64,000 bases of DNA, taken from positions 52,638,001 through 52,702,000 of the forward strand of contig OZ024746.1 of assembly GCA_964016885.1 (NCBI GenBank), given 5' to 3'. Each line of letters begins with the position of its first letter. The first letter of the stretch is position 1. The notes under the pieces are model-generated. The model was not told where the DNA came from and did not search any database. It saw only the letters and a program-made list of their open reading frames with translations. The stretch comes from Eledone cirrhosa (taxonomy: Eukaryota). A program made the translations under genes and the position numbers. Positions 1-14,400 of the stretch are shown in pieces.

Positions 1-3000
1 GTTGTTGTTATTGTAGTTAGAGGTTGCTGTGATGGTAGTGTTGTTGTTGTTGTTATTGTAGTTAGTGGTTGCTGAGATAATAGTGTTGTTGTTGTTGTTA
101 TTGTAGTTAGTGGTTGCTGAGATGGTAGTGTTGTTGTTGTTGTTATTGTAGTTAGTGGTTGTTGAGATGGTAGTGTTGTTGTTGTTATTGTAGTTAGTGG
201 TTTCTGTGATGGTAGTGTTGTTGTTGTTGTTATTGTAGTTAGTGGTTGCTGTGATGGTCGTGTTGTTGTTGTTATTGTAGTTAGTGGTTGCTGAGATGGT
301 AGTGTTGTTGTTGTTGTTATTGTAGTTAGTGGTTGCTGAGATGGTAGTGTTGTTGTTGCTGTTATTGTAGTTAGTGGTTTCTGTGATGGTAGTGTTGTTG
401 TTATTGTTATTGTAGTTAGTGGTTGCTGTGATGGTAGTGTTGTTGTTGTTATTCTAGTTAGTGGTTGCTGTGATGGTAGTGTTGTTGTTGTTGTTATTGT
501 AGTTAGTGGTTTCTGTGATGGTAGTGTTGTTGTTGTTATTGTAGTTAGTGGTTGCTGAGATGGTAGTGTTGTTGTTGTTATTGTAGCTAGTGGTTGCTGT
601 GATGGTAGTGTTGTTGTTGTTATTGTAGTTAGTGGTTGCTATGATGGTAGTGATGTTGTTGTTATTGTAGCTAGTGGTTGCTGTGTTGGTAGTGTTGTTG
701 TTGTTATTGTAGTTAGTGGTTGCTATGCTGGTAGTGTTGTTGTTGTTATTGTAGCTAGTGGTTGCTGTGATGGTAGTGTTTTTGTTGTTATTGTAGTTAG
801 TGGTTGCTATGATGGTAGTGTTGTTGTTGTTATTGTAGTAAGAGGTTGCTATGATGGTAGTGTTGTTGTTGTTATTGTAGTTTGTGGTTGCTATGATGGT
901 AGTGTTGTTGTTGTTATTGTAGCTAGTGGTTGCTGAGATGGTAGTGTTGTTGTTATTGTTGTTAGTGGTTGCTGAGATGGTAGTGTTGTTGTTGTTGTTA
1001 TTGTAGTTAGTGGTTGCTGTGATGGTAGTGTTGTTGTTGTTATTGTAGTTAGAGGTTGCTGAGATGGTAGTGTTGTTGTTGTTATTGTAGTTAGTGGTTG
1101 CTGTGATGGTAGTGTTGTTGTTGTTATTGTAGTTAGTGTTTGCTGAGATGGTAGTGTTGTTGTTGTTTTTATTGTAGTTAGTGTTTGCTGAGATGGTAGT
1201 GTTGTTGTTGTTGTTATTGTAGTTAGTGGTTGCTGAGATGGTAGTGTTGTCGTTGTTGTTATTGTAGTTAGTGGTTTCTGTGATGATAGTGTTGTTGTTG
1301 TTGTTATTGTAGTTAGTGGTTTCTGTGATGGTAGTGTTGTTGTTGTTGTTATTGTAGTTAGTGGTTTCTGTGATGGTAGTGTTGTTGTTGTTATTCTAGT
1401 TAGTGGTTGCTGTGATGGTAGTGTTGTCGTTGTTGTTATTGTAGTTAGTGGTTTCTGTGATGATAGTGTTGTTGTTGTTGTTATTGTAGTTAAAGGTTGC
1501 TGTGATGGTAGTGTTGTTGTTGTTATTCTAGTTAGTGGTTGCTGTGATGGTAGTGTTGTTGTTGTTGTTATTGTAGTTAGTGGTTTCTGTGATGGTAGTG
1601 TTGTTTTTGTTATTGTAGTTAGTGGTTGCTGAGATGGTAGTGTTGTTGTTGTTGTTATTGTAGTTAGTGGTTGCTGAGATGGTAGTGTTGTTGTTGTTGT
1701 TATTGTAGTTAGAGGTTGCTGAGATGGTAGTGTTGTTGTTGTTGTTATTGTAGTTAGTGGTTGCTGAGATGGTAGTGTTGTTGTTGTTGTTATTGTTGTT
1801 AGAGGTTGCTGAGATGGTAGTGTTGTTGTTGTTATTCTAGTTAGTGGTTGCTGTGATGGTAGTGTTGTTGTTGTTGTTATTGTAGTTAGTGGTTTCTGTG
1901 ATGGTAGTGTTGTTGTTGTTATTGTAGTTAGAGGTTGCTGAGATGGTAGTGTTGTTGTTGTTGTTATTGTAGTTAGTGGTTGCTGTGATGGTAGTGTTGT
2001 TGTTGTTATTGTAGTTAGAGGTTGCTGAGATGGTAGTGTTGTTGTTGTTGTTATTGTAGTTAGTGGTTGCTATGATGGTAGTGATGTTGTTGTTATTGTA
2101 GCTAGTGGTTGCTGTGTTGGTAGTGTTGTTGTTGTTATTGTAGTTAGAGGTTGCTGAGATGTTAGTGTTGTTGTTGTTATTGTAGTTAGAGGTTGCTGTG
2201 ATGGTAGTGTTGTTGTTGTTATTGTAGTTAGTGGTTGCTGAGATAATAGTGTTGTTGTTGTTGTTATTGTAGTTAGTGGTTGCTGAGATGATAGTGTTGT
2301 TGTTGTGTTATTGTAGTTAGTGTTTGCTGAGATGGTAGTGTTGTTGTTGTTGTTATTGTAGTTAGTGGTTTCTGTGATGGTAGTGTTGTTGTTGTTGTTA
2401 TTGTAGTTAGTGGTTTCTGTGATGGTAGTGTTGTTGTTGTTATTGTAGTTAGTGGTTGCTGAGATGGTAGTGTTGTTGTTGTTGTTATTGTAGTTAGTGG
2501 TTGCTGAGATGGTAGTGTTGTTGTTGTTGTTATTGTAGTTAGTGGTTGCTGAGATGGTAGTGTTGTCGTTGTTGTTATTGTAGTTAGTGGTTTCTGTGAT
2601 GATAGTGTTGTTGTTGTTGTTATTGTAGTTAAAGGTTGCTGTGATGGTAGTGTTGTTGTTGTTATTCTAGTTAGTGGTTGTTGTGATGGTAGTGTTGTTG
2701 TTGTTGTTATTGTAGTTAGTGGTTTCTGTGATGATAGTGTTGTTGTTGTTGTTATTGTAGTTAAAGGTTGCTGTGATGGTAGTGTTGTTGTTGTTATTCT
2801 AGTTAGTGGTTGCTGTGATGGTAGTGTTGTTGTTGTTGTTATTGTAGTTAGTGGTTTCTGTGATGGTAGTGTTGTTGTTGTTATTCTAGTTAGTGGTTGC
2901 TGTGATGGTAGTGTTGTCGTTGTTGTTATTGTAGTTAGTAGTTTCTGTGATGATAGTGTTGTTGTTGTTGTTATTGTAGTTAAAGGTTGCTGTGATGGTA

Positions 3001-6000
3001 GTGTTGTTGTTGTTATTCTAGTTAGTGGTTGCTGTGATGGTAGTGTTGTTGTTGTTGTTATTGTAGTTAGTGGTTTCTGTGATGGTAGTGTTGTTTTTGT
3101 TATTGTAGTTAGTGGTTGCTGAGATGGTAGTGTTGTTGTTGTTGTTATTGTAGTTAGTGGTTGCTGAGATGGTAGTGTTGTTGTTGTTGTTATTGTAGTT
3201 AGAGGTTGCTGAGATGGTAGTGTTGTTGTTGTTGTTATTGTAGTTAGTGGTTGCTGAGATGGTAGTGTTGTTGTTGTTATTGTTGTTAGAGGTTGCTGAA
3301 ATGGTAGTGTTGTTGTTGTTATTCTAGTTAGTGGTTTCTGTGATGGTAGTGTTGTTGTTGTTATTGTAGTTAGTGGTTGCTGAGATGGTAGTGTTGTTGT
3401 TGTTGTTATTGTAGTTAGAGGTTGCTGTGATGGTAGTGTTGTTGTTGTTGTTATTATAGTTAGTGGTTTCTGTGATGGTAGTGTTGTTGTTGTTATTCTA
3501 GTTAGTGGTTGCTGTGATGGTAGTGTTGTTGTTATTATTGTAGTTAGAGCTTGCTGAGATGGTAGTGTTGTTGTTGTTATTGTAGTTAGTGGTTTCTGTG
3601 ATGGTAGTGTTGTTGTTGTTATTGTAGTTAGTGGTTTCTGTGATGGTAGTGTTGTTGTTGTTATTGTAGTTAGTGGTTGCTGAGATGATAGTGTTGTTGT
3701 TGTTGTTATTGTAGTTAGAGGTTGCTGTGATGGTAGTGTTGTTGTTGTTGTTATTGTAGTTAGTGGTTTCTGTGATGGTAGTGTTGTTGTTGTTGTTATT
3801 GTAGTTAGTGGTTGCTGAGATAATAGTGTTGTTGTTGTTGTTATTGTAGTTAGTGGTTGCTGAGATGATAGTGTTGTTGTTGTTGTTATTGTAGTTAGTG
3901 GTTGCTGAGATGGTAGTGTTGTTGTTGTTGTTATTGTAGTTAGTGGTTTTTGTGATGGTAGTGTTGTTGTTGTTGTTATTGTAGTTAGAGGTTGCTGTGA
4001 TGGTAGTGTTGTTGTTGTTGTTATTGTAGTTAGTGGTTGCTGAGATAATAGTGTTGTTGTTGTTGTTATTGTAGTTAGTGGTTGCTGAGATGGTAGTGTT
4101 GTTGTTGTTGTTATTGTAGTTAGTGGTTTCTGTGATGGTAGTGTTGTTGTTGTTGTTATTGTAGTTAGTGGTTGCTGAGATAATAGTGTTGTTGTGTTGT
4201 TATTGTAGTTAGTGGTTGCTGAGATGGTAGTGTTGTTGTTGTTGTTATTGTAGTGAGTGGTTGCTGTGATGGTCGTGTTGTTGTTGTTATTGTAGTTAGT
4301 GGTTGCTGAGATGGTAGTGTTGTTGTTGTTGTTATTGTAGTAAGTGGTTGCTGAGATGGTAGTGTTGTTGTTGTTATTGTAGTTAGTGGTTGCTGAGATG
4401 GTAGTGTTGTTGTTGTTATTGTAGCTGGTGGTTGCTGTGATGGTAGTGTTGTTGTTGTTGTTGTTGTTATTGTAGTTAGTTGTTTCTGTGATGGTAGTGT
4501 TGTTGTTGTTGTTATTGTAGTTAGTTGTTTCTGTGATGGTAGTGTTGTTGTTGTTATTGTAGTTAGTGGTTGCTGAGATGGTAGTGTTGTTGTTGTTATT
4601 GTAGCTGGTGGTTGCTGTGATGGTAGTGTTGTTGTTGTTGTTGTTGTTATTGTAGTTAGTGGTTGCTATGATGGTAGTGATGTTGTTGTTATTGTAGCTA
4701 GTGGTTGCTGTGTTGGTAGTGTTGTTGTTGTTATTGTAGTTAGTGGTTGCTATGCTGGTAGTGTTGTTGTTGTTATTGTAGCTAGTGGTTGCTGTGATGG
4801 TAGTGTTTTTGTTGTTATTGTAGTTAGTGGTTGCTATGATGGTAGTGTTGTTGTTGTTATTGTAGTAAGAGGTTGCTATGATGGTAGTGTTGTTGTTGTT
4901 ATTGTAGTTAGTGGTTGCTATGATGGTAGTGTTGTTGTTGTTATTGTAGCTAGTGGTTGCTGAGATGGTAGTGTTGTTGTTATTGTTGTTAGTGGTTGCT
5001 GAGATGGTAGTGTTGTTGTTGTTGTTATTGTAGTTAGTGGTTGCTGTGATGGTAGTGTTGTTGTTGTTATTGTAGTTAGAGGTTGCTGAGATGGTAGTGT
5101 TGTTGTTGTTATTGTAGTTAGTGGTTGCTGTGATGGTAGTGTTGTTGTTGTTGTTGTTATTGTAGTTAGTGGTTGCTGAGATAATAGTGTTGTTGTTGTT
5201 GTTATTGTAGTTAGTGGTTGCTGAGATGGTAGTGTTGTTGTTGTTGTTATTGTAGTTAGTGGTTTCTGTGATGGTAGTGTTGTTGTTGTTGTTATTGTAG
5301 TTAGTGGTTGCTGAGATAATAGTGTTGTTGTTGTTGTTATTGTAGTTAGTGGTTGCTGAGATGGTAGTGTTGTTGTTGTTGTTATTGTAGTTAGTGGTTG
5401 TTGAGATGGTAGTGTTGTTGTTGTTGTTATTGTAGTTAGTGGTTTCTGTGATGGTAGTGTTGTTGTTGTTGTTATTGTAGTTAGTGGTTGCTGTGATGGT
5501 AGTGTTGTTGTTGTTATTGTAGTTAGTGGTTGCTGAGATGGTAGTGTTGTTGTTGTTGTTATTGTAGTTAGTGGTTGCTGAGATGGTAGTGTTGTTGTTG
5601 CTGTTATTGTAGTTAGTGGTTTCTGTGATGGTAGTATTGTTGTTGTTGTTATTGTAGTTAGTGGTTGCTGTGATGGTAGTGTTGTTGTTGTTATTCTTGT
5701 TAGTGGTTGCTGTGATGGTAGTGTTGTTGTTGTTGTTATTGTAGTTAGTGGTTTCTGTGATGGTAGTGTTGTTGTTGTTATTGTAGTTAGTGGTTGCTGA
5801 GATGGTAGTGTTGTTGTTGTTATTGTAGCTAGTGGTTGCTGTGATGGTAGTGTTGTTGTTGTTATTGTAGTTAGTGGTTGCTATGATGGTAGTGATGTTG
5901 TTGTTATTGTAGCTAGTGGTTGCTGTGTTGGTAGTGTTGTTGTTGTTATTGTAGTTAGTGGTTGCTATGCTGGTAGTGTTGTTGTTGTTATTGTAGCTAG

Positions 6001-9000
6001 TGGTTTCTGTGATGGTAGTGTTTTTGTTGTTATTGTAGTTAGTGGTTGCTATGATGGTAGTGTTGTTGTTGTTATTGTAGTAAGAGGTTGCTATGATGGT
6101 AGTGTTGTTGTTGTTATTGTAGTTAGTGGTTGCTATGATGTTAGTGTTGTTGTTGTTATTGTAGCTAGTGGTTGCTGAGATGGTAGTGTTGTTGTTATTG
6201 TTGTTAGTGGTTGCTGAGATGGTAGTGTTGTTTTTGTTGTTATTGTAGTTAGTGGTTGCTGAGATGATAGTGTTGTTGTTGTTGTTATTGTAGTTAGTGG
6301 TTGCTGAGATGGTAGTGTTGTTGTTGTTGTTATTGTAGTTAGTGGTTTTTGTGATGGTAGTGTTGTTGTTGTTGTTATTGTAGTTAGTGATTGCTGTGAT
6401 GGTAGTGTTGTTGTTGTTATTGTAGTTAGTGGTTGCTGAGATGGTAGTGTTGTTGTTGTTGTTATTGTAGTTAGTGGTTTTTGTGATGGTAGTGTTGTTG
6501 TTGTTGTTATTGTAGTTAGAGGTTGCTGTGATGGTAGTGTTGTTGTTGTTGTTATTGTAGTTAGTGGTTGCTGAGATAATAGTGTTGTTGTTGTTGTTAT
6601 TGTAGTTAGTGGTTGCTGAGATGGTAGTGTTGTTGTTGTTGTTATTGTAGTTAGTGGTTGTTGAGATGGTAGTGTTGTTGTTGTTATTGTAGTTAGTGGT
6701 TTCTGTGATGGTAGTGTTGTTGTTGTTGTTATTGTAGTTAGTGGTTGCTGTGATGGTCGTGTTGTTGTTGTTATTGTAGTTAGTGGTTGCTGAGATGGTA
6801 GTGTTGTTGTTGTTGTTATTGTAGTTAGTGGTTGCTGAGATGGTAGTGTTGTTGTTGCTGTTATTGTAGTTAGTGGTTTCTGTGATGGTAGTGTTGTTGT
6901 TATTGTTATTGTAGTTAGTGGTTGCTGTGATGGTAGTGTTGTTGTTGTTATTCTAGTTAGTGGTTGCTGTGATGGTAGTGTTGTTGTTGTTGTTATTGTA
7001 GTTAGTGGTTTCTGTGATGGTAGTGTTGTTGTTGTTATTGTAGTTAGTGGTTGCTGAGATGGTAGTGTTGTTGTTGTTATTGTAGCTAGTGGTTGCTGTG
7101 ATGGTAGTGTTGTTGTTGTTATTGTAGTTAGTGGTTGCTATGATGGTAGTGATGTTGTTGTTATTGTAGCTAGTGGTTGCTGTGTTGGTAGTGTTGTTGT
7201 TGTTATTGTAGTTAGTGGTTGCTATGCTGGTAGTGTTGTTGTTGTTATTGTAGCTAGTGGTTGCTGTGATGGTAGTGTTTTTGTTGTTATTGTAGTTAGT
7301 GGTTGCTATGATGGTAGTGTTGTTGTTGTTATTGTAGTAAGAGGTTGCTATGATGGTAGTGTTGTTGTTGTTATTGTAGTTTGTGGTTGCTATGATGGTA
7401 GTGTTGTTGTTGTTATTGTAGCTAGTGGTTGCTGAGATGGTAGTGTTGTTGTTATTGTTGTTAGTGGTTGCTGAGATGGTAGTGTTGTTGTTGTTGTTAT
7501 TGTAGTTAGTGGTTGCTGTGATGGTAGTGTTGTTGTTGTTATTGTAGTTAGAGGTTGCTGAGATGGTAGTGTTGTTGTTGTTATTGTAGTTAGTGGTTGC
7601 TGTGATGGTAGTGTTGTTGTTGTTATTGTAGTTAGTGTTTGCTGAGATGGTAGTGTTGTTGTTGTTTTTATTGTAGTTAGTGTTTGCTGAGATGGTAGTG
7701 TTGTTGTTGTTGTTATTGTAGTTAGTGGTTGCTGAGATGGTAGTGTTGTCGTTGTTGTTATTGTAGTTAGTGGTTTCTGTGATGATAGTGTTGTTGTTGT
7801 TGTTATTGTAGTTAGTGGTTTCTGTGATGGTAGTGTTGTTGTTGTTGTTATTGTAGTTAGTGGTTTCTGTGATGGTAGTGTTGTTGTTGTTATTCTAGTT
7901 AGTGGTTGCTGTGATGGTAGTGTTGTCGTTGTTGTTATTGTAGTTAGTGGTTTCTGTGATGATAGTGTTGTTGTTGTTGTTATTGTAGTTAAAGGTTGCT
8001 GTGATGGTAGTGTTGTTGTTGTTATTCTAGTTAGTGGTTGCTGTGATGGTAGTGTTGTTGTTGTTGTTATTGTAGTTAGTGGTTTCTGTGATGGTAGTGT
8101 TGTTTTTGTTATTGTAGTTAGTGGTTGCTGAGATGGTAGTGTTGTTGTTGTTGTTATTGTAGTTAGTGGTTGCTGAGATGGTAGTGTTGTTGTTGTTGTT
8201 ATTGTAGTTAGAGGTTGCTGAGATGGTAGTGTTGTTGTTGTTGTTATTGTAGTTAGTGGTTGCTGAGATGGTAGTGTTGTTGTTGTTGTTATTGTTGTTA
8301 GAGGTTGCTGAGATGGTAGTGTTGTTGTTGTTATTCTAGTTAGTGGTTGCTGTGATGGTAGTGTTGTTGTTGTTGTTATTGTAGTTAGTGGTTTCTGTGA
8401 TGGTAGTGTTGTTGTTGTTATTGTAGTTAGAGGTTGCTGAGATGGTAGTGTTGTTGTTGTTGTTATTGTAGTTAGTGGTTGCTGTGATGGTAGTGTTGTT
8501 GTTGTTATTGTAGTTAGAGGTTGCTGAGATGGTAGTGTTGTTGTTGTTGTTATTGTAGTTAGTGGTTGCTATGATGGTAGTGATGTTGTTGTTATTGTAG
8601 CTAGTGGTTGCTGTGTTGGTAGTGTTGTTGTTGTTATTGTAGTTAGAGGTTGCTGAGATGTTAGTGTTGTTGTTGTTATTGTAGTTAGAGGTTGCTGTGA
8701 TGGTAGTGTTGTTGTTGTTATTGTAGTTAGTGGTTGCTGAGATAATAGTGTTGTTGTTGTTGTTATTGTAGTTAGTGGTTGCTGAGATGATAGTGTTGTT
8801 GTTGTGTTATTGTAGTTAGTGTTTGCTGAGATGGTAGTGTTGTTGTTGTTGTTATTGTAGTTAGTGGTTTCTGTGATGGTAGTGTTGTTGTTGTTGTTAT
8901 TGTAGTTAGTGGTTTCTGTGATGGTAGTGTTGTTGTTGTTATTGTAGTTAGTGGTTGCTGAGATGGTAGTGTTGTTGTTGTTGTTATTGTAGTTAGTGGT

Positions 9001-11445
9001 TGCTGAGATGGTAGTGTTGTTGTTGTTGTTATTGTAGTTAGTGGTTGCTGAGATGGTAGTGTTGTCGTTGTTGTTATTGTAGTTAGTGGTTTCTGTGATG
9101 ATAGTGTTGTTGTTGTTGTTATTGTAGTTAAAGGTTGCTGTGATGGTAGTGTTGTTGTTGTTATTCTAGTTAGTGGTTGTTGTGATGGTAGTGTTGTTGT
9201 TGTTGTTATTGTAGTTAGTGGTTTCTGTGATGATAGTGTTGTTGTTGTTGTTATTGTAGTTAAAGGTTGCTGTGATGGTAGTGTTGTTGTTGTTATTCTA
9301 GTTAGTGGTTGCTGTGATGGTAGTGTTGTTGTTGTTGTTATTGTAGTTAGTGGTTTCTGTGATGGTAGTGTTGTTGTTGTTATTCTAGTTAGTGGTTGCT
9401 GTGATGGTAGTGTTGTCGTTGTTGTTATTGTAGTTAGTAGTTTCTGTGATGATAGTGTTGTTGTTGTTGTTATTGTAGTTAAAGGTTGCTGTGATGGTAG
9501 TGTTGTTGTTGTTATTCTAGTTAGTGGTTGCTGTGATGGTAGTGTTGTTGTTGTTGTTATTGTAGTTAGTGGTTTCTGTGATGGTAGTGTTGTTTTTGTT
9601 ATTGTAGTTAGTGGTTGCTGAGATGGTAGTGTTGTTGTTGTTGTTATTGTAGTTAGTGGTTGCTGAGATGGTAGTGTTGTTGTTGTTGTTATTGTAGTTA
9701 GAGGTTGCTGAGATGGTAGTGTTGTTGTTGTTGTTATTGTAGTTAGTGGTTGCTGAGATGGTAGTGTTGTTGTTGTTATTGTTGTTAGAGGTTGCTGAAA
9801 TGGTAGTGTTGTTGTTGTTATTCTAGTTAGTGGTTTCTGTGATGGTAGTGTTGTTGTTGTTATTGTAGTTAGTGGTTGCTGAGATGGTAGTGTTGTTGTT
9901 GTTGTTATTGTAGTTAGAGGTTGCTGTGATGGTAGTGTTGTTGTTGTTGTTATTATAGTTAGTGGTTTCTGTGATGGTAGTGTTGTTGTTGTTATTCTAG
10001 TTAGTGGTTGCTGTGATGGTAGTGTTGTTGTTATTATTGTAGTTAGAGCTTGCTGAGATGGTAGTGTTGTTGTTGTTGTTATTGTAGTTAGAGGTTGCTG
10101 AGATGGTAGTGTTGTTGTTGTTATTGTAGTTAGTGGTTGCTGAGATGGTAGTGTTGTTGTTGTTGTTATTGTAGTTAGAGGTTGCTGAGATGGTAGTGTT
10201 GTTGTTGTTGTTATTGTAGTTAGTGGTTGCTGTGATGGTAGTGTTGTTGTTGTTATTCTAGTTAGTGGTTTCTGTGATGGTAGTGTTGTTGTTGTTATTG
10301 TAGTTAGTGGTTGCTGAGATGGTAGTGTTGTTGTTGTTGTTATTGTAGTTAGAGGTTGCTGAGATGGTAGTGTTGTTGTTGTTGTTATTGTAGTTAGTGG
10401 TTGCTGTGATGGTAGTGTTGTTGTTGTTATTGTAGTTAGTGGTTTCTGTGATGGTAGTGTTGTTGTTGTTATTGTAGTTAGTGGTTTCTGTGATGGTAGT
10501 GTTGTTGTTGTTATTGTAGTTAGTGGTTGCTGAGATGATAGTGTTGTTGTTGTTGTTATTGTAGTTAGAGGTTGCTGTGATGGTAGTGTTGTTGTTGTTG
10601 TTATTGTAGTTAGTGGTTTCTGTGATGGTAGTGTTGTTGTTGTTGTTATTGTAGTTAGTGGTTGCTGAGATAATAGTGTTGTTGTTGTTGTTATTGTAGT
10701 TAGTGGTTGCTGAGATGATAGTGTTGTTGTTGTTGTTATTGTAGTTAGTGGTTGCTGAGATGGTAGTGTTGTTGTTGTTGTTATTGTAGTTAGTGGTTTT
10801 TGTGATGGTAGTGTTGTTGTTGTTGTTATTGTAGTTAGAGGTTGCTGTGATGGTAGTGTTGTTGTTGTTGTTATTGTAGTTAGTGGTTGCTGAGATAATA
10901 GTGTTGTTGTTGTTGTTATTGTAGTTAGTGGTTGCTGAGATGGTAGTGTTGTTGTTGTTGTTATTGTAGTTAGTGGTTTCTGTGATGGTAGTGTTGTTGT
11001 TGTTGTTATTGTAGTTAGTGGTTGCTGAGATAATAGTGTTGTTGTGTTGTTATTGTAGTTAGTGGTTGCTGAGATGGTAGTGTTGTTGTTGTTGTTATTG
11101 TAGTGAGTGGTTGCTGTGATGGTCGTGTTGTTGTTGTTATTGTAGTTAGTGGTTGCTGAGATGGTAGTGTTGTTGTTGTTGTTATTGTAGTAAGTGGTTG
11201 CTGAGATGGTAGTGTTGTTGTTGTTATTGTAGTTAGTGGTTGCTGAGATGGTAGTGTTGTTGTTGTTATTGTAGCTGGTGGTTGCTGTGATGGTAGTGTT
11301 GTTGTTGTTGTTGTTGTTATTGTAGTTAGTTGTTTCTGTGATGGTAGTGTTGTTGTTGTTGTTATTGTAGTTAGTTGTTTCTGTGATGGTAGTGTTGTTG
11401 TTGTTATTGTAGTTAGTGGTTGCTGAGATGGTAGTGTTGTTGTTG
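1..11445 (+). repeat. Higher-order direct duplication: ~1-4600 recurs at ~6500-11445 (offset 6499, then 6850 after a 351-bp gain)
   Basis: Rare markers at constant offset 6499: TTTGTGG 881/7380, 1-bp deletion TGTTGTGTTA 2301/8800, GTAGTTAGTA 2931/9430, GGTTGCTGAA 3291/9790, TAGTTAGAGC 3541/10040. Marker GTTGTGTTGT 4191/11041 has offset 6850. Confidence 0.9.
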
Positions 11446-11449
11446 TTAT

Positions 11450-14400
11450 TCTAGTTAGTGGTTGCTGTGATGGTAGTGTTGTTGTTGTTGTTATTGTAGT
11501 TAGTGGTTTCTGTGATGGTAGTGTTGTTGTTGTTATTGTAGTTAGAGGTTGCTGAGATGGTAGTGTTGTTGTTGTTGTTATTGTAGTTAGTGGTTGCTGT
11601 GATGGTAGTGTTGTTGTTGTTATTGTAGTTAGAGGTTGCTGAGATGGTAGTGTTGTTGTTGTTGTTATTGTAGTTAGTGGTTGCTATGATGGTAGTGATG
11701 TTGTTGTTATTGTAGCTAGTGGTTGCTGTGTTGGTAGTGTTGTTGTTGTTATTGTAGTTAGAGGTTGCTGAGATGTTAGTGTTGTTGTTGTTATTGTAGT
11801 TAGAGGTTGCTGTGATGGTAGTGTTGTTGTTGTTATTGTAGTTAGTGGTTGCTGAGATAATAGTGTTGTTGTTGTTGTTATTGTAGTTAGTGGTTGCTGA
11901 GATGATAGTGTTGTTGTTGTGTTATTGTAGTTAGTGTTTGCTGAGATGGTAGTGTTGTTGTTGTTGTTATTGTAGTTAGTGGTTTCTGTGATGGTAGTGT
12001 TGTTGTTGTTGTTATTGTAGTTAGTGGTTTCTGTGATGGTAGTGTTGTTGTTGTTATTGTAGTTAGTGGTTGCTGAGATGGTAGTGTTGTTGTTGTTGTT
12101 ATTGTAGTTAGTGGTTGCTGAGATGGTAGTGTTGTTGTTGTTGTTATTGTAGTTAGTGGTTGCTGAGATGGTAGTGTTGTCGTTGTTGTTATTGTAGTTA
12201 GTGGTTTCTGTGATGATAGTGTTGTTGTTGTTGTTATTGTAGTTAAAGGTTGCTGTGATGGTAGTGTTGTTGTTGTTATTCTAGTTAGTGGTTGTTGTGA
12301 TGGTAGTGTTGTTGTTGTTGTTATTGTAGTTAGTGGTTTCTGTGATGATAGTGTTGTTGTTGTTGTTATTGTAGTTAAAGGTTGCTGTGATGGTAGTGTT
12401 GTTGTTGTTATTCTAGTTAGTGGTTGCTGTGATGGTAGTGTTGTTGTTGTTGTTATTGTAGTTAGTGGTTTCTGTGATGGTAGTGTTGTTGTTGTTATTC
12501 TAGTTAGTGGTTGCTGTGATGGTAGTGTTGTCGTTGTTGTTATTGTAGTTAGTAGTTTCTGTGATGATAGTGTTGTTGTTGTTGTTATTGTAGTTAAAGG
12601 TTGCTGTGATGGTAGTGTTGTTGTTGTTATTCTAGTTAGTGGTTGCTGTGATGGTAGTGTTGTTGTTGTTGTTATTGTAGTTAGTGGTTTCTGTGATGGT
12701 AGTGTTGTTTTTGTTATTGTAGTTAGTGGTTGCTGAGATGGTAGTGTTGTTGTTGTTGTTATTGTAGTTAGTGGTTGCTGAGATGGTAGTGTTGTTGTTG
12801 TTGTTATTGTAGTTAGAGGTTGCTGAGATGGTAGTGTTGTTGTTGTTGTTATTGTAGTTAGTGGTTGCTGAGATGGTAGTGTTGTTGTTGTTATTGTTGT
12901 TAGAGGTTGCTGAAATGGTAGTGTTGTTGTTGTTATTCTAGTTAGTGGTTTCTGTGATGGTAGTGTTGTTGTTGTTATTGTAGTTAGTGGTTGCTGAGAT
13001 GGTAGTGTTGTTGTTGTTGTTATTGTAGTTAGAGGTTGCTGTGATGGTAGTGTTGTTGTTGTTGTTATTATAGTTAGTGGTTTCTGTGATGGTAGTGTTG
13101 TTGTTGTTATTCTAGTTAGTGGTTGCTGTGATGGTAGTGTTGTTGTTATTATTGTAGTTAGAGCTTGCTGAGATGGTAGTGTTGTTGTTGTTATTGTAGT
13201 TAGTGGTTTCTGTGATGGTAGTGTTGTTGTTGTTATTGTAGTTAGTGGTTTCTGTGATGGTAGTGTTGTTGTTGTTATTGTAGTTAGTGGTTGCTGAGAT
13301 GATAGTGTTGTTGTTGTTGTTATTGTAGTTAGAGGTTGCTGTGATGGTAGTGTTGTTGTTGTTGTTATTGTAGTTAGTGGTTTCTGTGATGGTAGTGTTG
13401 TTGTTGTTGTTATTGTAGTTAGTGGTTGCTGAGATAATAGTGTTGTTGTTGTTGTTATTGTAGTTAGTGGTTGCTGAGATGATAGTGTTGTTGTTGTTGT
13501 TATTGTAGTTAGTGGTTGCTGAGATGGTAGTGTTGTTGTTGTTGTTATTGTAGTTAGTGGTTTTTGTGATGGTAGTGTTGTTGTTGTTGTTATTGTAGTT
13601 AGAGGTTGCTGTGATGGTAGTGTTGTTGTTGTTGTTATTGTAGTTAGTGGTTGCTGAGATAATAGTGTTGTTGTTGTTGTTATTGTAGTTAGTGGTTGCT
13701 GAGATGGTAGTGTTGTTGTTGTTGTTATTGTAGTTAGTGGTTTCTGTGATGGTAGTGTTGTTGTTGTTGTTATTGTAGTTAGTGGTTGCTGAGATAATAG
13801 TGTTGTTGTGTTGTTATTGTAGTTAGTGGTTGCTGAGATGGTAGTGTTGTTGTTGTTGTTATTGTAGTGAGTGGTTGCTGTGATGGTCGTGTTGTTGTTG
13901 TTATTGTAGTTAGTGGTTGCTGAGATGGTAGTGTTGTTGTTGTTGTTATTGTAGTAAGTGGTTGCTGAGATGGTAGTGTTGTTGTTGTTATTGTAGTTAG
14001 TGGTTGCTGAGATGGTAGTGTTGTTGTTGTTATTGTAGCTGGTGGTTGCTGTGATGGTAGTGTTGTTGTTGTTGTTGTTGTTATTGTAGTTAGTTGTTTC
14101 TGTGATGGTAGTGTTGTTGTTGTTGTTATTGTAGTTAGTTGTTTCTGTGATGGTAGTGTTGTTGTTGTTATTGTAGTTAGTGGTTGCTGAGATGGTAGTG
14201 TTGTTGTTGTTATTGTAGCTGGTGGTTGCTGTGATGGTAGTGTTGTTGTTGTTGTTGTTGTTATTGTAGTTAGTGGTTGCTATGATGGTAGTGATGTTGT
14301 TGTTATTGTAGCTAGTGGTTGCTGTGTTGGTAGTGTTGTTGTTGTTATTGTAGTTAGTGGTTGCTATGCTGGTAGTGTTGTTGTTGTTATTGTAGCTAGT